A DNA stretch of 64,000 nucleotides from a virus. The stretch spans positions 1 through 64,000 of IMG/VR virus record IMGVR_UViG_3300044684_000361. One strand, 5' to 3'. The notes beneath the pieces were generated by a model. The model saw only the letters and a program-made list of their open reading frames with translations, searched no databases and was not told where the DNA came from. Position numbers and translations under genes: made by a program. Below, piece after piece: positions 56,559 through 64,000 of this stretch; positions within the stretch are counted from its first letter, which is position 1; each line of letters begins with the position of its first letter.

Positions 56559-56822
56559 TCAGAATTCGGGGGCGGGCGGGTAAGGGGCGGGTTCGGCCTG
56601 CCACTCCTCCAGGGTCTTCACAGGGGCCGTCTGAACGTAAAACCACTGACGCACCCAGTGGACCCACTCATCCGGAGTCAGATCATTCAAAGGCAGATTG
56701 ACCCAGATCATTTTGCCGGTGTCCTCATCCTGGCGCTGAACCCTGACATAGAGCCCTGCTCCGTATGTCAAACAATATCGGACGAATTCCCATACATCGT
56801 AGGTTTCAGGTCTTTGTGCCAT
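56559..56822 (-). CDS. Hypothetical protein
   Basis: ORF. Confidence 0.5.
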   Translation of the reverse strand: MAQRPETYDVWEFVRYCLTYGAGLYVRVQRQDEDTGKMIWVNLPLNDLTPDEWVHWVRQWFYVQTAPVKTLEEWQAEPAPYPPAPEF

Positions 56823-57006
56823 GGGGTTCTCGCAGATGGGCATAGCACTGCATGACGCAGTTACAGATCGCTTGCTCGGGGCGCCAATCGCTCTTGCTGT
56901 AGAGGTGATTCACGATCGTGATCTCTTCCCCGGCTTTTTCATCTACGCTCGAAACTTCGACGAAATACCCTTCCGGGTAAGTCGTCATCGTCACCTTGAT
57001 CATCAT
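56806..57006 (-). CDS. Hypothetical protein
   Basis: Coupled ORF. Confidence 0.5.
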   Translation of the reverse strand: MMIKVTMTTYPEGYFVEVSSVDEKAGEEITIVNHLYSKSDWRPEQAICNCVMQCYAHLREPHGTKT

Positions 57007-58682
57007 CAGCCCCGCAGGAGAATGATCCCGTCTCCGTCTCCCAGTGTAACACCGGCAAAGAGAGCCCCTGAGTTGATAGTCGGTTGCTGGCTACCGGTGA
57101 GGAAATGCCACACCCCGGGGAGCATGGAGGTAGTCACAGTCTGGGAGCCATTGCCCCTCGGATTCACGATCGCAACCCCGCCCGTGAACTGGCGTGACCA
57201 GATCCCGAACGTTCCCCCTGCCCAGGTAGCCGTGCTGGGGCGTGTGGTCAGGGGAAAGCCGAGGTAGCCCCTCGGGACATTCACTTGGGTGAGAGAGTCA
57301 TCCCCGTACTCGTCATACCACCTGAGTGTCGCATAGTCGTACGTGCTGATTGTTCCGGGAGCAAAGTAACCATCGTCCATGAGCGCGGTGCAGAGCCCAT
57401 AGCGCAGAGTCTGATACTCCAGGGCGCTGCCGGCCGTGACGTTGGTCGGGGTCCCGTTGACGGGGAAGGAGGAGGGGTGATTGCCATCCGTGGTCGGAAA
57501 CCGGCATCCCAGGCCTACCATCTTGGGCGGCAGGCAGAAATCCATCCCCAGGTAGTAGTTGGCGAGCGTATTGGCCCACCCTGAAGGATCGAGCTTCCCG
57601 GTGCTGAAATTACCCGTCTGGAAAAACTCCCAGGCATTTCCCCCGGCGAACATCGCGCTCTCCAGCAAGCCACCCTGGAGGTTGTCCAGGCCGGAATTGA
57701 GGAGGGCCGTCCGGCCAAACTGATAAGCGTTGGCGTACTGGCCAAAGTTGCCGAATGCATAGGTGACCGCTCCAGGCTGGTAGAGACCCACCATGATCTG
57801 GAACTGGTCGAAGGCGTTTCGATTACCGCGCGCCATGAGCGGCTGCACGGTGTCGAAGTTGGGGAATCCACCGCCTTGCTGGGCGCCAGGAGCCAGAGTG
57901 AGACCATCCAAGGAGGAATTTGGAACCGTCCCTGAGCCATCAAGGGCGGCGAAAACGTTATCGAGGAACATTCCTCCACAGGAGGGGGAGGCCATCTGCG
58001 GATTGAAGCTGAAGCGACTGTCTACCCCGGCAGAGGGTCGAACGACGTATTTGAGCGCAGCATAGTTTCCAAGAGAGCGCGCAGGGCCCTGTGCTCCTGT
58101 AGGTGAGCCGGAGGAAGTCGAACCGTAATTCGACCCACAGATGGATGCCCCCACTCCAGCGTTACCGACTCCGGTAGGCCATGCTGCCGAATAATTGACA
58201 AGATTAGTGCCTCCTCCAGCAGGAGTGATGGTGCCCGTGCCCCCGGTTGATTCATAAAGCCACCAGTTATTGTTTTGGACCAATGTGAAATACTGTTGAT
58301 ACGCCGATCCAGTGGCCACCCCGCTCATCATCATCTGGTAGTAGAAGGGCAGACAGCGGCGTGTCTTGGACTTCTGTACCGTATAGCTGGCGTTCTTCAA
58401 CAGCGCCTGTGTGAGATTCTCGCGGTCGCGATTCCCGTTGGAATCCCAACCTTCCGTACTGCCATTCAGGATGGCAATGTCGTAAGCCCCGATGGCCTGG
58501 ATTGCGTTGTAGGCAGCGGTCCCATTGGCAGCCGTGGTCCAGGCCGGGAATCCAGTCCCAGCGCTTGATCCGTAGCTTTGGTCTCCACCAACGAACACCC
58601 CCATGACACGGGGGAAGGCGAGACCTACTGAAACGACAGTGGTGTAGGCTCTATTTTTTGGCCCGAACCATCTTTGAGTCAT
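57006..58682 (-). CDS. Putative glycoside hydrolase (GHL15-like TIM barrel)
   Basis: GGMFLDN, RYGLCTALMDDGYF, WYDEY, YLG.P, WSRQF.GG.AIVNP. Confidence 0.7.
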   Translation of the reverse strand: MTQRWFGPKNRAYTTVVSVGLAFPRVMGVFVGGDQSYGSSAGTGFPAWTTAANGTAAYNAIQAIGAYDIAILNGSTEGWDSNGNRDRENLTQALLKNASYTVQKSKTRRCLPFYYQMMMSGVATGSAYQQYFTLVQNNNWWLYESTGGTGTITPAGGGTNLVNYSAAWPTGVGNAGVGASICGSNYGSTSSGSPTGAQGPARSLGNYAALKYVVRPSAGVDSRFSFNPQMASPSCGGMFLDNVFAALDGSGTVPNSSLDGLTLAPGAQQGGGFPNFDTVQPLMARGNRNAFDQFQIMVGLYQPGAVTYAFGNFGQYANAYQFGRTALLNSGLDNLQGGLLESAMFAGGNAWEFFQTGNFSTGKLDPSGWANTLANYYLGMDFCLPPKMVGLGCRFPTTDGNHPSSFPVNGTPTNVTAGSALEYQTLRYGLCTALMDDGYFAPGTISTYDYATLRWYDEYGDDSLTQVNVPRGYLGFPLTTRPSTATWAGGTFGIWSRQFTGGVAIVNPRGNGSQTVTTSMLPGVWHFLTGSQQPTINSGALFAGVTLGDGDGIILLRG

Positions 58683-58983
58683 GCGAGGCACTCCGACTTT
58701 GGTCTGCCTCAAGAGTCTGGATCTTCTTGCGCGCTCCTTCCAGTTGTTCGAGCAGTTGAGCCTTCTCCTCATCGAGGCCCCGGAGCCGCAAGGCCTGGCG
58801 ACGGATCAAGGCAATGGCGTCGCGGATCTCATCTGCGAGCCATGCCTCGATTTTGTCGCTGTCCTTCACCCGTCGCGGGTGAGTCTTCACCATATCCCCC
58901 ACGAGGCGCCTCTCCAGGCGCTCTGTGATGAGGTTGTAGTCAGCATCCGAGCCCTTTGCAGAGCCAGGAGGGGAGCCAACCAT
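58651..58983 (-). CDS. Coiled-coil protein
   Basis: Heptad pattern. Confidence 0.5.
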   Translation of the reverse strand: MVGSPPGSAKGSDADYNLITERLERRLVGDMVKTHPRRVKDSDKIEAWLADEIRDAIALIRRQALRLRGLDEEKAQLLEQLEGARKKIQTLEADQSRSASHDSKMVRAKK

Positions 58984-59001
58984 GCCGGCAGAGCCAGCCG
59001 A

Positions 59002-59406
59002 TCAGGCCACTACAACCGTTGGAGGGTTCGGCTGAACGCTGGCGGTGAATGAGAACTCCGCGCCCCAGGCGGTAGCCCCAAGAGCGGTGACCGCCTGGGC
59101 GGCTGCCTCGTAATTACCCGCCGTGGTGACGCCGAGCGCCGCCAGGGTCACCGCGAGCGGATTCGCCGTGGCCGGGATCGTGGTCATGAAGGGATAGGTC
59201 CCGGCCGTGCCCGTTGAGGGGCGAACGCCCACATTGTAGGAAATGGCGGGAGCAGCCCCTGGAGGACTGTTGGTCGCGGGGACTACGGTGACGGAGGCCG
59301 ATGCAACATTGACGGTAGGTGAACTCACGAGAATGATTCCTGAGTGAGGCGTTGAAAAGTCAGGGCCCACGGCAAACACGGGCCCCGTATGTGCGAATGG
59401 GGTCAA
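59002..59406 (-). CDS. FN3/Ig-like beta-sandwich protein
   Basis: SYNV, GNYEAAAQAV...G.TAWG.E..F, PNPP. Confidence 0.5.
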   Translation of the reverse strand: MTPFAHTGPVFAVGPDFSTPHSGIILVSSPTVNVASASVTVVPATNSPPGAAPAISYNVGVRPSTGTAGTYPFMTTIPATANPLAVTLAALGVTTAGNYEAAAQAVTALGATAWGAEFSFTASVQPNPPTVVVA

Positions 59407-59657
59407 GAGACAGACTTCGCAGAAGGAGGGCGTAGATTGACTTCTTCTTCCTGAACATGCTTCAAAGCATCCTTCACGCAGAATTCAAAGAATTCTGCAT
59501 CATGGATGTTGGTCAACATGGATGCGTCCGGCTGTTCAGGCACACCAGGCAGGAGCAGGATGTATGGATAGCCTTTTCCGAAGATATCCTCTACGAGTTT
59601 CTGGATCTGCGGAGCCATGATATCGGTGGCCCGAGCCAGGGATTTTTCATCCAGCAC
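59403..59657 (-). CDS. Hypothetical protein
   Basis: Coupled ORF. Confidence 0.5.
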   Translation of the reverse strand: MLDEKSLARATDIMAPQIQKLVEDIFGKGYPYILLLPGVPEQPDASMLTNIHDAEFFEFCVKDALKHVQEEEVNLRPPSAKSVS

Positions 59658-59829
59658 TTTGCTTACTCCTCGCGAATTCAGCCAGGACGCGATTGCGAAA
59701 ACGAATGGCCTCGGCCTTGCTCATCGCGGGAGGCAGCTTACCATGGCGTCGATAGTAGTCAGCGGCAAAGAGCGCCATCCTGGCCGCCTGTTTGGCGGCC
59801 TTCACTTTTCTACGAATCCCCTTACGCAT
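59647..59829 (-). CDS. Small basic protein
   Basis: Coupled ORF. Confidence 0.45.
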   Translation of the reverse strand: MRKGIRRKVKAAKQAARMALFAADYYRRHGKLPPAMSKAEAIRFRNRVLAEFARSKQSAG

Positions 59830-60136
59830 GAGCCTTGATCCTGCTCGGTGGCACGTAGAAAGGCATGGCGCTCCAGTCCCCCAGAGGCTCCTTCGGTGGC
59901 TTCTTCTTGCGCAGAAAGCACACCGGAATGTAGAGCTTGCCTGCCACCCCGCAATAAGTTCTTTCAATGGGATGAGAGATGCGATGGCACTGTGTGGGAC
60001 CTGCGGTCCGAAAGCTTTCAATATTCGTTCCGCCCTTCATCTCAAGGGGACCCATGATGGTCACTTCATCCCCATGAAACCGGGAGCCAGGATTATGCAC
60101 GATGGCGATCTCGCCCACTTCGAAGTTCTCACACAT
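59822..60136 (-). CDS. Hypothetical protein
   Basis: FEVGEIAI...LRKK pattern. Confidence 0.55.
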   Translation of the reverse strand: MCENFEVGEIAIVHNPGSRFHGDEVTIMGPLEMKGGTNIESFRTAGPTQCHRISHPIERTYCGVAGKLYIPVCFLRKKKPPKEPLGDWSAMPFYVPPSRIKAHA

Positions 60137-60554
60137 ATTCCAACACCTTCTGGCCAGCAACAGCTTTGTTGATATCCGCGATGAGCTTGTCCAACTCATC
60201 AGCACGCGGCTTGGGCTTCTCGTGGCCATGGTACCTTTCCGCGTACTGGCGTAAGGCACGTGCGCAGGCAGCGGCATCATTTTTCCAGTCTGGCTCAAAC
60301 CCGTGGAGCCGGACATAGATCTCATAGGCCGTAAGCCCGAATGCCGTGTAGGCGACACCATCCCACCAATGATATTGGCGAGAGCCAACCTGACGATTCA
60401 GAAAATATCCAATCCAGGCCAATGCACAAGCGGAGCAGAAAGAGTCAGTCGAAGCATCTGACTCAGGGACCGCTCCAGATTCGAAAAAAAAGTCAGCCGG
60501 ATTGCGCTCGATGTGATCAGCCGCTTCCGTGATCGCCGTATAGAGATTGGTCAT
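60129..60554 (-). CDS. Hypothetical protein
   Basis: AADHIE..P, CALAW, ARALR.YA. Confidence 0.55.
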   Translation of the reverse strand: MTNLYTAITEAADHIERNPADFFFESGAVPESDASTDSFCSACALAWIGYFLNRQVGSRQYHWWDGVAYTAFGLTAYEIYVRLHGFEPDWKNDAAACARALRQYAERYHGHEKPKPRADELDKLIADINKAVAGQKVLEYV

Positions 60555-60724
60555 GATGCCTCGTCCTCCGCAAAGATGGGATGTTTGCCTAAAGTGGCCC
60601 ACTTCAGATAGTGGGCACGAGTGGAGGGATGGAGCCGCTCCCAAGAAGGGCAATCCGTCCATCCCTTGAACTTCCGATCGTTCTCAAACAGCTTCCTCGC
60701 CTTGGTCTCGATGTCCTCGGTCAT
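60551..60724 (-). CDS. Small hypothetical protein
   Basis: GGGGAGG RBS; W..L....R..Y motif. Confidence 0.55.
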   Translation of the reverse strand: MTEDIETKARKLFENDRKFKGWTDCPSWERLHPSTRAHYLKWATLGKHPIFAEDEAS

Positions 60725-60757
60725 CGCGAGCCTCCCCGTGAAGTTGTTAACCGATAA

Positions 60758-60775
60758 TGTACAGCTAACTAGACA
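60758..60775 (-). promoter_or_regulatory. Operator copy overlapping a -10 TACATT
   Basis: Minus strand TGTCTAG-TTAG-CTGTACA(TT), closely resembling the 13049 site. Confidence 0.6.
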
Positions 60776-61146
60776 CGACGGGGTAGTACTTTCGACCCTG
60801 GCCAGGGGCAAGGAAGTCCCAGACGCGCCTGAAGCTGTTCCCACATCTCCCGCTCCGAGCAGAGCGCCTTGGCGAAGGACTTGCGTCCCCCAGAGATCGA
60901 GACACGGTAGCGCTCGGGGAGGTGGGTGAGCTGATGAGCGTCCCAGTCGCCCTGATGGTGGCCTCGACAGAGGAACATGGTGTGGAAGTGGGAGATTCTA
61001 CGCCCACCATCGAGAAGGTGATGGAGTTCAAGATTTTTAACATTCCGAGTTCCTGTGGCCGCCAGGCACGCACAACATCCCATGGGGCGCATCATGTCAA
61101 TGCGCGCCTGTTCCTCCTCGGTGGGAGGAGGTAGAGCAGTCTTCAT
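60769..61146 (-). CDS. Ref-family (HNH-type) recombination enhancement nuclease
   Basis: GCCAC, ELHHL..GRRISH..T..LC.GHH. Confidence 0.7.
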   Translation of the reverse strand: MKTALPPPTEEEQARIDMMRPMGCCACLAATGTRNVKNLELHHLLDGGRRISHFHTMFLCRGHHQGDWDAHQLTHLPERYRVSISGGRKSFAKALCSEREMWEQLQARLGLPCPWPGSKVLPRRV

Positions 61147-61269
61147 GGGGAAGGCAGTGTAGCGCGAAGAGGAGAGCCCCGGTGCCAGCAACCCTGCCGG
61201 GGGCAGGTTTAGGAGGAGCACTGTGTGGGACAGATGCTCGCCCGCTGTGGCTGCGGGACTTCGGAAAGT

Positions 61270-61449
61270 CTAGTGGAAACCTACGATCTGTTTGCGGCTT
61301 TCGATCAGATTATTGGCAGCCTTCAGCGCTTCGCGCATGAGGCCGATGGCCTCTTCCTTGCGCTCCTTGGAGATTTTCTCGGTCAGGAGCGAGAGCGCCA
61401 ATTCCAGCGTGGTCTTGTGATCGGCCAGCAGCTCATCGAGGGTCATCAT
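61270..61449 (-). CDS. Small helical protein
   Basis: Coupled ORF. Confidence 0.5.
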   Translation of the reverse strand: MMTLDELLADHKTTLELALSLLTEKISKERKEEAIGLMREALKAANNLIESRKQIVGFH

Positions 61450-61649
61450 GACTTTCTTTTCAGATTCGGGACGATGTGGACTTCGAGCTGTGGAACGGGA
61501 TGCCGACATCTTTCGCATATCACGCTTCCATCACTGCGCAGAGCAAAGGTGTGATTCTGACAGCTGCAGGTGGCGCAGCCGCACACCCAGATCGTCTGTC
61601 CGGGGTGAGCCGGTACTTTCCGCAGCTCCGGTCGTGGCCCGCCAATCAT
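61446..61649 (-). CDS. Zn-ribbon protein
   Basis: C.C...F.L..DG...C..C. Confidence 0.45.
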   Translation of the reverse strand: MIGGPRPELRKVPAHPGQTIWVCGCATCSCQNHTFALRSDGSVICERCRHPVPQLEVHIVPNLKRKS

Positions 61650-61749
61650 CCTCGTACTCGTGACAAAAGCCACAGTAACGATACCGGATATCGTTTGGGT
61701 TGTAACTGCTACGCTGGCAGCGCGGACACGTGTACGATGGAGGGCTCAA
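61531..61749 (-). CDS. Zn-finger protein
   Basis: TCPRC...SYNPND....YCGFCH. Confidence 0.6.
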   Translation of the reverse strand: MSPPSYTCPRCQRSSYNPNDIRYRYCGFCHEYEDDWRATTGAAESTGSPRTDDLGVRLRHLQLSESHLCSAQ

Positions 61750-62036
61750 GTGGGGATATCCTCCCAGCCCGTCACCTCCAGCTCCACGTGCTTATTGGCT
61801 TCTTCGAGGGAGTAGCGCATGGCCTCTTGAATGAGGGCTTTGTAACGCTGGAACAGCTCCGGGCGCTCATGCATGGGACGCGCTATGATCCGGGCGATCT
61901 CGTAACTATCCACCTTCTTACCCTCATCGCCGATCAGAACGAAGCGGGTCACCAGCTCGCTGCCTTCCGAGCTGAACACAATACGCATATCGGCCTGAGT
62001 GCCTATGGGCTTCGTACTCTCTTCAATCATTGCCAT
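61746..62036 (-). CDS. Hypothetical protein
   Basis: ORF with AGGAG RBS. Confidence 0.55.
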   Translation of the reverse strand: MAMIEESTKPIGTQADMRIVFSSEGSELVTRFVLIGDEGKKVDSYEIARIIARPMHERPELFQRYKALIQEAMRYSLEEANKHVELEVTGWEDIPT

Positions 62037-62359
62037 GACTCCTTCGGCTCCAGGCCCACTCCATCCCGATAGATTTCGCGTTGCTCACGGGAGATGTCAG
62101 CCGGGTCCTCACCCGCATCGATGCGGCGACGGATTTCGGCCTGGATACGATGGGCATCCTGCTCCAGATCTTTGGCCATCGCGCGCAGCACCTGGGGAAG
62201 CCATAGGGCATGGGAAGCCTTGCCATCCATGGCTGCCTGGGAGCCATACTTGCCATCCATGACGATGCATAGCACGCCTTTGGCCTCGCACTTGGCCCGA
62301 AACTCCTCCACAAGGCCTCTATAAAAGGCTGTGGCCTCTTCTTCTGTTTTCAACATCAT
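62027..62359 (-). CDS. Hypothetical protein
   Basis: LPQVLRAMAKDLE motif; AGGAG RBS. Confidence 0.55.
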   Translation of the reverse strand: MMLKTEEEATAFYRGLVEEFRAKCEAKGVLCIVMDGKYGSQAAMDGKASHALWLPQVLRAMAKDLEQDAHRIQAEIRRRIDAGEDPADISREQREIYRDGVGLEPKESWQ

Positions 62360-62928
62360 GGGCTCCTTTGGAACATCCAAGGCTCGGTGCGGAAGGTGGG
62401 AACTACCTTGCCATTCTCCCATGGCTCCAGCATCAGGCTCGTACTTTGGAGCTGTGGCCCTTCAAAGAAAAGGACCTGAGCGCCCCGCTCGAACTTGATG
62501 CTGTGGATCTGCTCATGGGTCATGGAGTAAGTATCACCCGCCTTCCAGTTGTCCGTGGTGGGATACCAGAAAGTGGGCGCGTCATCACGGGAATGGACGT
62601 AGTCCAAGAGGCCGTTTTTGCCACACACCTGATTGATGGTGGAGATACACCAGGGCTCACAGAAGTCGCTTCCTCGGCGGAAGATCGTATTGTGTACCTG
62701 GCCTTTCAGAACAAGGCAGGTGAAGTCGAATCGGTGGCTGTGAGGCGTGATGAATTCCATGGTGGTACGTTCGGCGGAAAAGAGACGGACCTTGCCGAAC
62801 TCCCCACCACCTACAAGATGACTCGTCAGCCCGGGAGCGATGTAGTTGCCCAGACGGTTGTGCTTCATGGGCTGGATCGCGGCCAGGATGGCGTCCAGAT
62901 CCGGGTTCTTGATATCACGATCATTCAT
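62356..62928 (-). CDS. Cupin-fold protein
   Basis: PHSHRFDF..LVLKG...GDTY.M....IHSI. Confidence 0.65.
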   Translation of the reverse strand: MNDRDIKNPDLDAILAAIQPMKHNRLGNYIAPGLTSHLVGGGEFGKVRLFSAERTTMEFITPHSHRFDFTCLVLKGQVHNTIFRRGSDFCEPWCISTINQVCGKNGLLDYVHSRDDAPTFWYPTTDNWKAGDTYSMTHEQIHSIKFERGAQVLFFEGPQLQSTSLMLEPWENGKVVPTFRTEPWMFQRSP

Positions 62929-63133
62929 ATGGAGTTCTCTTGACGCCTTCCTCCACAAACTCAATGGGCCCTCCTGTCAGCTGCCCCTTATCAATCACAG
63001 CCTTGAACGCTTTCCACTCCTCATTACGAAAGACCAGAGTCCCACAGTTCCCCAGGGACAGGGTGCCTTTACCTGCAAAGAGACGTACATGAGTATGGCC
63101 ACCCAGGGTCTCGTAACGGAAACGGAACAACAT
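62921..63133 (-). CDS. Hypothetical protein
   Basis: GGH.HVRLF.G...G.L..R.EEW. Confidence 0.55.
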   Translation of the reverse strand: MLFRFRYETLGGHTHVRLFAGKGTLSLGNCGTLVFRNEEWKAFKAVIDKGQLTGGPIEFVEEGVKRTPYE

Positions 63134-63519
63134 TATTGACTCCCTGACTGTGGTACTTCGGGCATTGGCTCGAACCCCATCGCCTTGTCACGGCTGTCGA
63201 TCGCGGCACGGAGCGCTTGGTTCTCGGTCCTCAGCCGCTCCACCTCGTTCGCCTCTGCGCTCGCGGCAGCCATTAGACGCTCGATGTCATGCTTGGCGTT
63301 CTGCAGCTCCTGCTGGTAGTTCGCCAGCCCTTCCTCGGCCAGGGAGAGCTCGCGGCGGAGATGGTGGCACTCATCGAAGAGGGCGCATGCATTGCGCCCT
63401 TGCTCATCTCGCTCAGCCTTCCACTGGCGGGAGCCGAGTGTGTATCCTCGCCACGCGCTGTAGTAGATCAGCCCAACCACTGAGAGCCCCAGCAGTGAAC
63501 TCAGGGCGATCGCGCTCAT
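63133..63519 (-). CDS. Membrane-anchored coiled-coil protein
   Basis: N-terminal TM helix, EVERLR heptads. Confidence 0.55.
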   Translation of the reverse strand: MSAIALSSLLGLSVVGLIYYSAWRGYTLGSRQWKAERDEQGRNACALFDECHHLRRELSLAEEGLANYQQELQNAKHDIERLMAAASAEANEVERLRTENQALRAAIDSRDKAMGFEPMPEVPQSGSQ

Positions 63520-63701
63520 GGCTTCTCCTGCTGGCCCGTCGTGGGGACAGAAAGTCGCGTATGTTCGGCGGCCAACGCTGCGCACAGAGTAGGGCATTCC
63601 CGCACAGCGGTATTGAAATACCACGCCAAGTCCTTTTCGTCGTCGTACCAGTATTCGACGAACAGCTTCACCAGCTTGTCGCGTTCCTCTAGAGGCGTCA
63701 T
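63516..63701 (-). CDS. Hypothetical protein
   Basis: ATGA-coupled ORF. Confidence 0.5.
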   Translation of the reverse strand: MTPLEERDKLVKLFVEYWYDDEKDLAWYFNTAVRECPTLCAALAAEHTRLSVPTTGQQEKP

Positions 63702-63946
63702 GGCTCACCACTCACGGTTAGAGCGCGCATCTTGTCCGCCGCTTCCTTGGCTGCGTTCCAGATCCAATCGACCGGGCACATGCCAGTGTGGCCACGAGGA
63801 GAGCCGTCACACTCGTCAGTCCAGTCCTGAGTGTGGTGATATGACTTGCCCGCGCACGCGACCGCCGAGAGAATCTTGTCGATCTCCGGAACGCCGGTCT
63901 CGCCGAAACCGTAGTAGTAGGCGTTCATTCGTAGCTTTTCAGCCAT
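63698..63946 (-). CDS. Conserved phage protein
   Basis: RMNAYYYGF..TG..EID.ILSAVACAGK.YHHT..W; AGGAG RBS. Confidence 0.6.
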   Translation of the reverse strand: MAEKLRMNAYYYGFGETGVPEIDKILSAVACAGKSYHHTQDWTDECDGSPRGHTGMCPVDWIWNAAKEAADKMRALTVSGEP

Positions 63947-64000
63947 GCTGATCTCCTGCGCTGTCAGGCTTCTCCTGAGTCGAAGACGACGGGGCAGCGT

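Noticed and set aside
1-64000. CRISPR array, reverse transcriptase/DGR/retron, integrase, DNA polymerase
   Set aside because: No regularly spaced repeats or diagnostic motifs found by eye; they could lie outside the window

Overview
The window is entirely tailed-phage (Caudoviricetes) DNA, with no host housekeeping genes, integrase, CRISPR array or reverse transcriptase seen. (i) 1-7.8 kb (+): MoxR/CobS-like AAA+ ATPase with a VWA-like partner, DoxX, a sigma-70-family factor with two matching candidate promoters nearby, a Toprim primase and an SF4 helicase. This part is visibly richer in CTAG/TAGC than the rest. (ii) 7.8-11.6 kb (+): accessory island with a gp49/66-family protein (Acb4-like sponge candidate), a NADAR hydrolase, mosaic proteins joined by a recurring GTGGAAACGACT (VETT) linker, and a tRNA-like gene whose anticodon arm is centred on TCA. 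(iii) 12.4-21.5 kb: a Cro-like gene divergent from a strong sigma-70 promoter that reads into a ~205-nt highly structured, possibly pseudoknotted RNA. Early genes follow (LuxR-like HTH, ParB/DGQHR-like, SSB-like, LMW phosphatase, classic AAA ATPase), and a TGTACAG-N4-CTGTACA operator is found four times in the window. (iv) 21.5-56.3 kb (-): complete podovirus-type morphogenesis and lysis module (TerS, TerL, portal, GroES-like, scaffold, capsid, decoration/fibre block, adaptors, nozzle, four ejection proteins, GH108 endolysin, Rz/Rz1). About 16 copies of an AxGG peptide motif are shared by four internal proteins. (v) 56.5-64 kb (-): GHL15-like glycoside hydrolase, Ref-like nuclease and small accessory genes. 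All assignments come from motif recognition by eye; no searches or folding programs were run. The window may join two phage genomes, near 7.8 or 11.6 kb.
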